Of a DNA stretch of 64,000 nt, positions 1 to 12,038 are shown in pieces. The DNA lies in contig OX597825.1 of the NCBI GenBank assembly GCA_951406725.2, positions 35,774,001-35,838,000 of the forward strand, given 5' to 3'. Positions within the stretch are counted from its first letter, which is position 1. Each line of letters begins with the position of its first letter. This stretch comes from Octopus vulgaris. Its lineage: Eukaryota. Made by a program: the position numbers and the translations under genes. The notes beneath the pieces were generated by a model. That model was not told the origin of the DNA, ran no database searches, and was given only the letters and a program-made list of their open reading frames with translations.

Positions 1-537
1 CACACACAGATATATGTATCGGAGTGTGCATACAGACACAGTCAAACACAGTCAGACATACATATATATACATAGGGTGTGAAAGAAAGAAAAAAAGAAA
101 GATAGAAAGAGTTTCACGTGTATCACGAGTTTCTGCACATGGTATGCATAGAGGAAATTGTGGCACGTTTTCTGACATTTTTGTTTCTCCGTTTATTGTT
201 CGTTTCTCCTCGGACCCCAAATAAATCTAAGAAATAATCATATTTAGAAATTTTTTCCTTAGGGTATTTTTCTTATTACCTTTTCACACCGCTATCATTC
301 ATTGATCGTTCGAACAATTGGAACCGTAAGACTTAGAATTACGATTACTTAAGCTTCCCATTCTTATAATGATGGAGGCATTCAAATCGCGTTGGCGATG
401 CTACATTATTTTCCTGTCTTCTTCCACATTATTTATCTATCCTTAAATGTCTGCATATTTCTTCATCTCCTTTAAAAATCACGATCATTTAAATCCATTC
501 CAACAAATTGCATTCCTTTGGCTGTGAACCAAACTAT

Positions 538-873
538 CGCATGGCTCAGTGGTTAGAGCGTCGAGCTTACGATCGTGAGGTTGTGAGCTCGAATCCCGGA
601 CCGGGCTGCGTGTTGTGTTCTTGAGCAAAGCACTTTATTTCACGTTGCTCCAGTTCACTCAGCTGTAGAAATGAGTTGCGACGTCACTGGTGCCAAGCTG
701 TATCGACCTTTGTCTTTCCCTTGGATAACACTGGTGGCGTGGGGAGGGGAGGCTGGTATGCATGGACGACTGCTGATCTTCCATAAACAACCTTGCCCGG
801 ACTTGTGTCTAGGAGGGTAACTTTCTAGGTGCAATCCCATGGTCATTCATGACCGAAGGGGGTCTTTACCCTT
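538..873 (+). mobile_element. tRNA-derived SINE (family A) with CORE-like central block
   Basis: Pol III A-box TGGCTCAGTGG (542-552) and B-box-like GCTCGAATCC (587-596), then TGTGTTCTTGAGCAAAGCACTTT...CAGCTGTAGAAATGAG resembling the CORE domain; followed by (TACA)n. Confidence 0.75.
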
Positions 874-901
874 ACACGCACGCACATACGCACGTCACGC
901 G

Positions 902-1003
902 CATACATACATACATACATACATACATACATACATACATACATACATACATACATACATACATACGTACATACGTACATACATACATACATACATACAT
1001 ACA

Positions 1004-1030
<27 letters not shown>
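902..1030. repeat. (TACA)n microsatellite; similar tracts at 2833-2920, 12855-12912, 22773-22978, 23599-23672, 24677-24744
   Basis: Seen directly; these tracts produce the HTYI/MYVC ORFs. Confidence 0.95.
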
Positions 1031-1034
<4 letters not shown>

Positions 1035-1069
1035 GTATGTATGTTCGCAAGGAAACAGGAATACCAAAA

Positions 1070-1369
1070 TTACACACAACCTCTTTGTAGATGACTTGAA
1101 ACTGTATGCCAATGTATGCATCAGATGAAAAAGAGCCTTGATCAGGTTACAACATTCTCAAAGGATATAATGTTGGAATTTGGTCAATATAAATGTTGCT
1201 CTATGGCTGTGAAGAGAGGGAAAACTGTAAACTAGACTAGCAGTATCTACAACAATGGCTTAACTGTTACATGTACCTAGGGGTAGATGAAAATATATCT
1301 TACGACGATACCTGTAACAAGACACAAGTCATTAAAGAATATTACAGTCGGATAAGCAAATTATGGACA
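1070..1369 (+). mobile_element. R4/Dong-type LINE RT fragment, degenerate
   Basis: Reads ...LFVDDLKLYA...FSKDIMLEFGQYKC...YLGVDEN, matching the RT palm/thumb of the R4-like copies elsewhere in the window. Confidence 0.6.
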
Positions 1370-1540
1370 ATTTCGGGGCAGGGGACAAATCAATTACATC
1401 GATCCCAGTACTCAACTGATACTTATTTTATCGACCCCGAAAGGATGAAAGGTAAAGTCGACCTCGGCGGATTTTGAACTCAGAAAGTAATGACGGACGA
1501 AATACCGCCAAGTATTTTGCTCGGCGTGCTAATGATTCTG
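1370..1540 (-). mobile_element. SINE family C (GCCTTTCATCCTTTCGGGGTCGATAAA core, Meta-domain-like). Further copies at about 6125-6270(-), 7355-7485(+), 8880-8965(+), 15775-15978(-), 16526-16732(+), 18410-18490(+), 26849-27050(+), 27790-27975(+), 38263-38465(+), 54270-54485(-), 54530-54725(-)
   Basis: Recurrent GTTCTGAGTTCAAATTCCGCCGAGGTCGACTTTGCCTTTCATCCTTTCG motif with a tRNA-like head (GGCGGCGAGCTGGCAGAATCGTTAGC). The Meta-domain assignment is from memory. Confidence 0.75.
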
Positions 1541-2890
1541 TTATCCCGATAATAACGATACTTACAAGTTGCTGGGACTACTTTAGTCGTATCTATTTAG
1601 GAATTGGAATAAATATGCGTTCTTGTTGGAAGTTGTGTAATCTGAATAAGAAAAAGGGCCCTTATTAACGAGTATTTGTTCTCTTCTAATAATATTAAAC
1701 TAGACAATAGAAGCATGGGTTGTGGAACGTATATGTGTTATTTTAAAATAATGCTCGCAAATGTTACATGCAAAAAAGGGTAAAACAATACATGCATCTG
1801 CATTAAAGGAAAGATAAAGAAACCTAATGCGAAGAAGTGAGACAGTGTATAGTATTGCAGAAGGAGAGAATATCTTCAAAGCAGTTTTAATCAAACACAA
1901 ATACAGGCATATATAATACTAAATACACATATAATAAGCAAAAACAGGTACATACACACAGGACGTACGTCCAATACCAATAGCACATACATGTACGTGT
2001 GTACGTTTGTAGAAGTATTGAAGAGAAAGAGTTACTTTTATGAGAAAATGACGTGTCTAAAATATTTCAGAATTCTAGATACCCTATGTCTTCAAGAAGA
2101 CTAACACTGGGTATGTTTTGAGAGATAGTTGTTTGGACAAAATTGGGATTTCCTATGCTTTCGAAAAAAAAACGGTGCAAGTATAGCTGTATGGTAAGAA
2201 ATTCGCTTCCAAACAAAATGGTTTCGGGTTCAGCCCCACTGTGTGACGCCTTGAGGAAGTATCTTCTATAATCTCGGGTTGATCAAAGTCTTGTGAATGG
2301 ATGTGGTAAACAGAAGCTGAAAGAAACCCATCGTGCGCGTGGGTGCTTATCTGTGTGTTTGTGTATATGTGTGCGTGTGTGATTGTGTGTGTGTATGTGC
2401 GTGTGTGATTGTGTGCATACGTACAAATATATAAGCGTGCGCGATATGTGAGTGTGTGCGAGAGCACGACACTCTATTCCCTGTATCGACGCCATTAGTT
2501 CAGGTACGAATATTGCTATACTCATATAAACTGAACAACTTTATTCCCGCGAAGGTGATCTCCCATATCAGCATCACGTGACCGTTAAATTAATGTTAGC
2601 GAACCGAAAAAAATGTGCTCGGCCGCCATGTTATTTTATTTGTTGATGCATGTTTTCAATTCAAAATAGTTGACTAAAACAAATAAACAGAAGAGATAAA
2701 ACAGATGTCAAGTTTTTGTGGAAACCTAATTTCAATCTGTTTAGCTTCGGCTGACGAATTTAATTAGTCATACTCTACTACCGGCATTAAGCACCTTTCC
2801 TTCATTACTATTAACAAATGCGTTTTGATATGCATACATACATACATACATACATACATACATACATACATACATACATACATACATACA

Positions 2891-2922
<32 letters not shown>

Positions 2923-2964
2923 GATATGCATATATATATATATGCATATCTATAACAGCATATA

Positions 2965-5437
2965 TACACAACTCTTACACAACAGCATCATTAATAATTA
3001 CACTAAGGCTAGGCCACAGACATATAATGAAATTAATAAAGAAGCTAGCGTTATCGCCGTGTTATCGTCTTCGCTAGCGATTTCATAGAAATCAGTACAA
3101 ATGATAAGGACATAATCTTCCATGCTAGAAACTGTCCATAATTTGCTTATCCGACTGTAATATTCTTTAATGACTTGTGTCTTGTTACAGGTATCGTCGT
3201 AAGATATATTTTCATCTACCCCTAGGTACATGTAACAGTTAAGCCATTGTTGTAGATACTGCTAGTCTAGTTTACAGTTTTCCCTCTCTTCACAGCCATA
3301 GAGCAGCCTTACTTTTCAGTGAAAACGCAAAGTGGGTCAAAAAATACCGACACAGAGGGTGCTTTCGATGTGAGCATGGGGTCATATGATGGAGCAGGCA
3401 TTTGCGATCTTATTGGATTTTTTCTCCTAGATACTTTAGGTAAGACATTTCCTGACGTATATTTCGCCATCTACAAAGATGATGCCCTCGCTTTAACCGC
3501 TAATACAAATGGACCAGCACAGGATCATTTTAGGAAGGATATTATCCAATTAATGAAATACTTCGGACTTAGTATAACTATAGATACTAACCTGACGGTT
3601 GTCAATTTCCTAGACGTTTCCTTAGATCTAAATAAGAATATTTATAAGCCTTATAGGAAGCCCAATGATAGACTTAGTTATACTAATGTAGGTTCATGCC
3701 ATCCCCCTATAGTATTCAAAAATTTAGTTTAAAATATTAGTAAGAGAATTTCTAGCCTCTCCTTCGATAAGGACATTTTTTTAATAGCGTTGCCCCAGTT
3801 TATAATAAGGCTTTAAAAGATAGTGGTTTTAGCGAAAAAATAAAATATACACCTGTTACTAGCCCAACAGTAAAGAAGAGGAAAAATAGAAATAGGAAGA
3901 TCATCTGGTTTACACCCCCTTACTCACCCGAAGTGACCTTCAATATAGGTAAATATTTCTTAACACTGATAGATAGACATTTTCCAGTTAACCATACTTA
4001 TAGGAAACTCTTCAATAAACACAATTTAAAAAATTAGTTTTAGTTCTACTACCAATTTTAAAAATATAATCACACATAACACACAAGAACCACAACAAGA
4101 AAACAGCTGTTCATGCAGGAATAAAAAATTGTGCCCGCTAAATGGAGCTTGCATGTCCGAGACCATCATCTATGAAGCTACCGTGGGCTCTATAACCACT
4201 AAAGACACCGTTTCGACGAAGAAATACGTGGGCCTTACAGAGGGGAATTTCAAGGCCAGGTTCAATAACCACACCTTGAGTTTTAGGCACTGGAACAAAA
4301 GAAAAACGACAAAATTATCTAATCATATTTGGTCTTTAAAAGATAAAGGTGTCGATTATAACATCCATTGGAAGATTTTGGCCAAATGTAAGCCCTACAC
4401 CAACGGCAGCGGAAGGTGCGGTCTATGCGACATGGAGAGATGGCTTATCTGGAAAAGCAGCTTAGACCCTACTACATGTCTAAACTCAAGGACAGAACTT
4501 TTCGGATCATGCCCATATGTGACTAAATTTTTGTTACGTTTTTGGTCTCCTAAAGAAAACAGATAGAACTTGCTTTCTATATTATGTCCCAAAAAGTTTT
4601 TTATCTCATTATACCTTTTATTATTTCATATATATTTTTATGTTTTCACACATTAATTTTTTCTGTACTTTTCTATCCTGCATTTTTTCCTGTGCCTATA
4701 TAGATGTGTATATAGATTCATTTGTACACGTGTACAAGGCGGTGCTCCAGCATGGCCGCAGTCAAATGACTGAAACAAGTAAAAGAGTAAAAGAGTACGT
4801 ATGAGTGGGCAGTTTTAGATGTGTGCGTGTGTACGGGCATAAGAATGCACATATATATATGGACGTTTTTACTTAGTATTTTTCCATTTTTTGGGGGAGG
4901 GGGGACATATGTATATTCATTTTTTGTATATGCGTATATAAATATGTGCGGGTATGTACATATGGGCGTGTGTGTGTATGAGTGCATAGGGGCATGTCCG
5001 TATATGAACGTGGTTTTTATGCTTTGTATACTTCCTTATGTTTTTTTCTGTTACCTTTAACCATGGCTTTTCTTGTGCTTGTGCGTATATAGACGTATGT
5101 ATGAACTTTTACGGTACGCATGTGTGTGTATGAGTTTGTATATATATGCGTATATATTTGGCGAAAAATGCGAGTGAAGATGTGTACGTTTTCATAGTGA
5201 CGTATAAGTACGCACGTGGGTTCGCGAGCAGAATTATAACACAGTAATTTCCCTTTATATAACGGTATTTTTTCATAGCGTTTTTCAGATGGCCAGATAA
5301 CCGAAGAGATGGTGTTGTGGATTTCCACTTTGGCATGTGAAACTCAGAGTTTTATCTTGACTATTGAGTAAATTTCCTCTATTTACATAATATTGAGGTC
5401 TCTTTCTTTCTTTTGTTATCTTACCGTTTTTACTAAT
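2965..5437 (+). mobile_element. Penelope-like retroelement (RT + C-terminal GIY-YIG endonuclease), 5'-truncated and frameshifted
   Basis: ORF 3319-3732 has FDVSMGSYDGA...IYKDD...VNFLDVSLDL...YKPYRKP (PLE RT). ORF 4129-4566 has CPLNGAC...IIYEATV...KYVGLTEGNFKARFNNH...CGLC (GIY-YIG). The 3' region carries a hammerhead fold and ends in (TA)n. Confidence 0.9.
5295..5357 (+). ncRNA. Minimal type-I hammerhead ribozyme fold (variant core) at the 3' end of the Penelope element
   Basis: Helix I AGAUAA/UUAUCU; core CCGAAGA (CUGANGA with U to C); irregular helix II with GUGGA/UCCAC; GAAA; near-palindromic helix III ACUC-A-GAGU; GUU triplet at 5349-5351. Confidence 0.6.
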
Positions 5438-5452
5438 ATATATATATATATA

Positions 5453-5622
5453 TAATAAATCTCTGAACGAGGTATAAACAGGAGCTGCAGGACAATGTGA
5501 AATATATTTGTCACTTAAATGTGGCTAACCACTAAGGGTGGATGCTACTGCAGCTTGTAGCCCCAGGAGAACATCTTCTCCAGCTGGCTATTGACATTTA
5601 ACTCTTGCTCAGAGATTTATTA
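5453..5622. mobile_element. MITE (~170 bp) inserted in (TA)n
   Basis: Terminal inverted repeats TAATAAATCTCTGA...TCAGAGATTTATTA. Confidence 0.6.
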
Positions 5623-6526
5623 GATATATATATATATTACAAGAAAAAATGGGTTCAAATGGTTTAAAATACATTTTTTAAAAATTATTCCCAGTTACTT
5701 AAGTAGTTTAACAATTCCCGTGATTTTCAAAAGTAGTGAGATCTGGAGAGTCCTTTAGCTATATTATACTCAAAATTTTAATGGGTATTTATCATAGATT
5801 ATTTGTGTGACAGTTCATGTTTAATTGTGCTGGTTGTCAAGGTAAGTTGACTGCTGAAGTTTTCTTGTTATGTATGTAAATATACATGTGTGTGTGTGTG
5901 TGCGTGTATGTGTATAAATACACACACACACGTACATTTATACATACATACACACGCACATATATATCTGTAATGACTAACAACTGAGTGTGTGTGTCCC
6001 CAGTCTCTTTACCTCCGGTTGTCATATTCTCGATTTTCCGTTGAGACAAAGGTCGGGGAGCTGATAGCGTTCCATGTTTTTTTTCAACTACACAAGAAAT
6101 TAAAGCAATTAGAAAGAGTATGTAATTTGCTGGTACGTCAGGAGAACGTCGGGTAAATTGTCTTGGAGTATTCGTTCTGCCTCTTTCCGATCTGATCTGA
6201 AATACCGCCCATGTCAACATTGCCTTTCATCCTTTCGGGATCTGGGTCGATAAATAAGTACCAGTCTTCCCCCCCCCCCACCCCTCTCTCTCTCTCTCTA
6301 TGTTGGGCTCCGACAAGTATAAAAAGGGTCCAACACATACTGTTTATCACAATGGTGCCTCATGACTCTATCAGGGATTGAGGACCCAAGGCAAGACAAA
6401 ATATATATGTATGTAAGCACCTAAGATTATTTGAGGTAAGCAATCCCAATATATTTCATCTGAAGAATAAATCCTGAATTTGTTTCACTGGATTATAAAT
6501 ATCTTACCGAGTGTATATCCAAGACA

Positions 6527-6900
6527 ATTACATTGAATACGGAGAATGCGGAGGTATTGTTTTCAGTCGTGTTTGTTCGCTTGTTTGTCTGTAGACAAGA
6601 TATTTCAAGAACCGCAGGATGGATTCGGATGAAACTTTCAGGGATGTTTGGACTCTTGACTGGCACGAATTGATAAGATTTTGGAATCGATCTGGTACCG
6701 GACAAGGATTCTGGATTATTTTTCCTGTTTTCTTCACTTAATTTTTGAGAGCAGTCGGGTTCATTTTTAGTATTTTCGTTTGTGAGTGCAGTCGAGTATT
6801 TATTTCAGATATTCTCATTTTAAAAATCATCTCTGGCTAATCGTTGAGAGGACGTTGGTGTTGCCTTGGCAGGGGTTTGCGCTCTCTGAGTGCTCTTGTG
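6527..6900 (+). mobile_element. Helentron-associated non-autonomous element (HINE/DINE-like)
   Basis: GCGGAGGTATTGTTTTC...(TTTG/TCTG) run...GGATGGATTCGGATGAAACTT...GCCTTGGCAGGGGTTTGCGCTCTCTGAGTGCTCTTG, an architecture typical of these elements. Confidence 0.5.
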
Positions 6901-7189
6901 TTTTTTTTTATTATTTCTTTTCGTTTTTACAGTCAATTGTACAGCATATTTGATTTAATTTAATTCAATTTGAAATCTGTCCGACGTTTGCTTCAAATCA
7001 CACCAATAACTGAACTTTGAATAAAACTGCACAGAATACTTACCAGATGAATGAAACTGGATGAAAATCTAATTGCGAGATGTCTATGCAACAGAAACGT
7101 TCGTCGGACAGATTTTAAATGAAATGAAATAAAATTGACAGTAAAAATATGCAGATATATTAATCTCCGTATTCAGTGTGCACACACAA

Positions 7190-7249
<60 letters not shown>

Positions 7250-7999
7250 TGTTCCATCCATCTTATCTAATGCGTGACGCTTGAAAAATTTTATTCGTAA
7301 GAAAAAGAAACTTACAAAATATTTATATGAATATGTATGAAAGAACAGTATTATTTCGTTTCAAATCAAATTCCGCCGAGGTCGACTTTGCCTTTCATCC
7401 TTTCGATGTCGATAAATTTAGTACCAGTGAATCGACTAGTCCCCACCCCAACAATTTCAGGCCTTGTGCTTATAGTAGAAAAGATTATTTAATTTCAATG
7501 AAATACTTATGTCATAAATACATAACTTTGCTGATAGACTGAGGCTATAAGACACCATACGATAAATGAAAGAAAACACAAGTAGCTAATACCTTTAAAT
7601 AAGCTATTTTTATTAGTTACGTTCCTTAAAATAACTAATGGATATTTTCTGGTTTACGCAAGGTGTCGAATAATTCAAAAATACCTACTAAAATCTGTAG
7701 ACTGGAGTTTTTTATCATTCCAACATGTTGAGCATACAAGATGTGATGGATGAAATTCGAACAATTTTGACGCTTAAAAACTTAATGAAAAGTAATGGGG
7801 AATTTTTTGGTTGTTAACCGTGGAACTTACACATATTTCGCGAGTACATACATCTATGTAAGTGTGTGTACATGTCTATGAATGTGTATATATGTATATG
7901 TATAAACGCACACACACACACACACACACACATATACGGAGAGAGTCCGATTGATGCGGTAATAACACGTTTATGTATGTATGTATGGATGTATGTATG

Positions 8000-8393
8000 T
8001 CTCTCTTTCTCTTTTACTTGTTTCAGTCATTTGACTGCGGCCATACTGGAGCACCGCCTTTAATCGAGCAACTCGACCCCGGGACTTATTCTTTGTAAGC
8101 CCAGTACTTATTCTATCGGTCTCTTTTGCCGAACCGCTAAGTGACGAGGAGATAAACACACCAGCATCGGTTGTCAAGCAATGCTAGGGGGACAAACACA
8201 CACACACAAACATACACGCACACATACATATATATATATGTATACATATATACGACGGGCTTCTTTCAGTTTCCGTCTACCAAATCCACTCTCAAGGCTT
8301 TGGTCGGTCCGAGGCTATAGTAGAAGACACTTGCCCAAGGTGCCACGCAGTGGGATTGAACCCGGAACCATGTCACACAGCCACTCCTGCGCC
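8000..8393 (-). mobile_element. Near full-length tRNA-derived SINE (family B) with internal microsatellite and CR1-derived tail. Partial copies at 2175-2335(+), 4737-4800(+), 9311-9428(+), 19560-19690(+), 19723-19811(+), 20920-20990(-), 22650-22747(-), 24900-25115(+), 25255-25400(-), 52180-52320(-)
   Basis: Minus strand: GGCGCAGGAGTGGCTGTG...GGTTCCGGGTTCAATCCCACTGCGTGGCACCTTGGGCAAG...AAGGCGGTGCTCCAGTATGGCCGCAGTCAAATGACTGAAACAAGTAAAAGAG. Confidence 0.85.
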
Positions 8394-8397
8394 TGTA

Positions 8398-8441
<44 letters not shown>

Positions 8442-8719
8442 TGTGCGTGTGTGTGTGTATGCGTGTGTGTGTGTATGTATGTATGTATGTATCTATCTAT
8501 CTCTGTAGGTATGCTTTTATTTACAGTCTGGCCCACTAACGATACATTTTATACGTTTATCTATCTATCTTGATATACATAAATGTATATATGTATGCAT
8601 ATGTATGTGTGCATTTATGTATGTAAATGTGTGTGTGTGTAAATGTATATACAGAACGAAAGAAAGATAGATAGATAGATAGATGATAGACAGACAGACG
8701 GACAGACAGACAGATAGAC

Positions 8720-8839
<120 letters not shown>

Positions 8840-9201
8840 GAAATGTGTCATTAAAGCCTCAGACAAAGTGTCTTTGTAGTATTTGTTCCGGTTGCTCTCC
8901 CTCTAAGCTTAAATCCCGCTGAGGTCATCTTTACCTTTCATCATTCCGCGATCGATAAAATGAATAGCAACGACTTGGGAGAATGGTTAGAGCAGTAGAC
9001 TCCATGTTTTGCGTTATTTGCTCGGGTCCGTACGTTCTGAGTTAACTTGCAACGATACTGCCGCTAAACTGTTTATATGTGTTTGTGTGTCTATGTATGT
9101 ATGTATGTATGTATGTATGTATGTATGTATGTATGTATGTATGTATGCATGTATGTATGTATGCATGTATGTATGTATCTATGCATGCATGTATGTATGT
9201 A

Positions 9202-9288
<87 letters not shown>

Positions 9289-9481
9289 TTTATATATGCA
9301 CACATATATATGCAGGAGTAGCTGTGTGGTAAGTAGCTTGCTTACCAACCACGTGGTTGCGGGTTCTTCCACTATAGCCTCGGGCGTACCAAAGCCTTTA
9401 GTAGACAGAAACTGCAAGAAGCACGTCGTATATATATATATAATAGAAATATGTTTCAAAAAGAAAATAAATAGATAGATG

Positions 9482-9571
<90 letters not shown>

Positions 9572-9572
9572 G

Positions 9573-9645
<73 letters not shown>

Positions 9646-9961
9646 ATGAATGAGAGAAACGGAAAATAGATTGAGGAAGAATCTTAATGCAGAACAACGA
9701 TCGTTTCGACCTATCCTGCATCTGTCCCTCACGGGTGGGATATAGTATTTCTTGTTGTGTTGCATCCGTTAATTCAGACTGTGTCACGTTACTACATATA
9801 GTCATTCAATATTAATCTAAGGAACACTGCAGAATACTTGGTGTAGATCCATGACAACGTGACAACTATATCTAATTGTGAATGACATCAGGTTGCCTAA
9901 ACAGTGAAAGTGCTCTAATAGGCATATAGATTGACATATAACCAAAGTCCAAATAATCTGC

Positions 9962-10057
<96 letters not shown>

Positions 10058-10185
10058 TGTAGATGCTTAATATACATGGATGTATGTTATACGTTGGTAG
10101 AACTCAATGCGACAGGTAGGCGTTAATCATTAATTCCTCCTTAAATTGAGACGTGTTTACTGTCACCAATATATATATATATATA

Positions 10186-10696
10186 TCTATATATATAAAA
10201 CTCTAGTTGTGTGAGTGTCTGTCCCCTTCGATTTAGATTCCTAACTCCTCCCACATTTTGCGGTGCAGTTTAACCAAATTCGGTTATCTTATAGTCGTGA
10301 TTCATATCGAGCCCGTCTGGCTATTAGCGCGCGTCAACGATGAGTCTACGATTTTAAAAATAATTTAACATCATTTTTTATTCCATTTTAATGCATAATC
10401 TTTCGTGTGTCAATGGCGGCGGAGTTGGCGTCCACGCTCACAGCTGCACCTGTTTGCTTCCCCCCCCCTTCCCTCCCTCGTGAAGCTGTGGGGAAGGGAG
10501 TGTAAAGAAATCAACGTCGTAATGCGTTGTCAAGGAGACCAGCGTTCTTTTAGAACAACGACTTAATGGCTTGAAGACACCAAAACAGAAATGGCTAAGA
10601 AAGCCCGAATTGGCATCTATAAGGGAAGTAACTCTCTGAAAATGCTTATATAGTTATTTCCCTTACAAACCCGAGCAACGCCGGGCGATACTGCTA

Positions 10697-10697
<1 letters not shown>
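10186..10697 (+). mobile_element. Non-autonomous Helitron, copy 1
   Basis: 5' TC; 3' hairpin CCCGAGCAACGCCGGG then CTAG; inserted between A and T; no TSD. Confidence 0.85.
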
Positions 10698-10734
<37 letters not shown>

Positions 10735-10814
10735 ACATACATAGATATATATGTGTATATGTATACATATATATATATTTGTATATGTATGCATAAATAT
10801 ATATATATATATAT

Positions 10815-10886
<72 letters not shown>

Positions 10887-11581
10887 GATAGATAGTTAAA
10901 GCACTAAGTCAGTCCGGTATTATCCGCATAGCTCGAAGTAAGCAGAATAAAATCAAAATAATTAACAGGATTTCAGGTAGTAATGCAGTACGACCGTTTC
11001 AAGCGGTTCCATCAAATTGAACAATATAATCATTATATCAATTTTAACCGCTATAAGAAAATACAATTTAATAATTACAGAAATACATTTTATACATAGT
11101 TCAACGTGAAGAAAGAGAAAACATTTTCTTAATTAATTTTTAATATATACATATAACTTTATATTATATACATTTTAAAGAAAAGTAAATTTCGTCGTAG
11201 AGAATTACAACTATATATTTTAACTATCTAATTTCTCATTCTAGCCAATATTAAATCTCAACAATTCAAACAAGACTTGTTGGATTTCCCTTGGACATGG
11301 CATGAAAAATTACCAATGTCTCAAGGGAGTGAGTGTCGTGGAGTTTAGTTACATCCAACAAAGACTGAAGTTTTTCCCAAAATCGAGGGTTTTTATAACT
11401 GCTCAACTTGACTTTAAAGAATCGAAATTACATACAAATATTCTTTAAGTAACTCTTAGAATTCCTATATGAGCAGTTATATTAACCAATGGAAAAACAA
11501 TAATATTTCTTCGGCAATACGACATTACATCATATTGCCAGCTACCACAAATTGGCGCCTTATTTAAAAATGGTTACTTGC

Positions 11582-12038
11582 AACGCTTTCAATGCCAAAA
11601 TTTGGCACAATTCCTTCCAGGATCTTCCAGATATATATTACTGCATACCTCTCCCGTCTTCTCTCCAGGGAGTAGAGTCTTAACTGTTTCAACCTTTCAC
11701 AGTAGCCGAGCTGTTGCAAAGAGACGATCTTCTTTGTGAATCTTCTCTGGATTGCTTCAAGGCCCACTGTTAATTTCACACTGGTGAGTGACCATAGCTG
11801 TGAGCAGTAATCCAGGCAGCTGAGGATGAATGTCCGCCAGAGGACCATCATGGTTTCCTTATTTCTAGTTCTGAATGTTCTTAGGATCAATCCAGCCAGT
11901 CGTCTGCACTTTGTCGCCATCCTGGTAATGTGCACTTGGAAAGAGGTATCATCACTCATGTCGATACCCAGGTCCCTCACTGACATCGGCTCTGGGATTG
12001 AAATTCTCTGTGGACCGGTGTACCCTGTAAGTTTCATG
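11582..12038 (-). mobile_element. CR1-group LINE ORF2 fragment
   Basis: RDLGIDMSDD...ILRTF...LDYCSQLW...LYSLERRRERY...WKILEG; same family as 55885-57178 and 60546-61511. Confidence 0.85.

Noticed and set aside
542-610. tRNA gene
   Set aside because: A/B boxes are present but the sequence continues into a SINE body, with no complete cloverleaf or terminator.
839-1121. ORFs made of HTYI/MYVC/YIYI/LSLS/CVCV repeats here and throughout (e.g. 9009-9765, 22621-23106, 58556-59044, 61453-62543)
   Set aside because: They are translations of stop-free microsatellites, not proteins.
4100-4566. Selenocysteine-recoded Penelope (in-frame TGA at Cys positions)
   Set aside because: The Cys codons I checked in the zinc-binding motifs are ordinary TGT/TGC.
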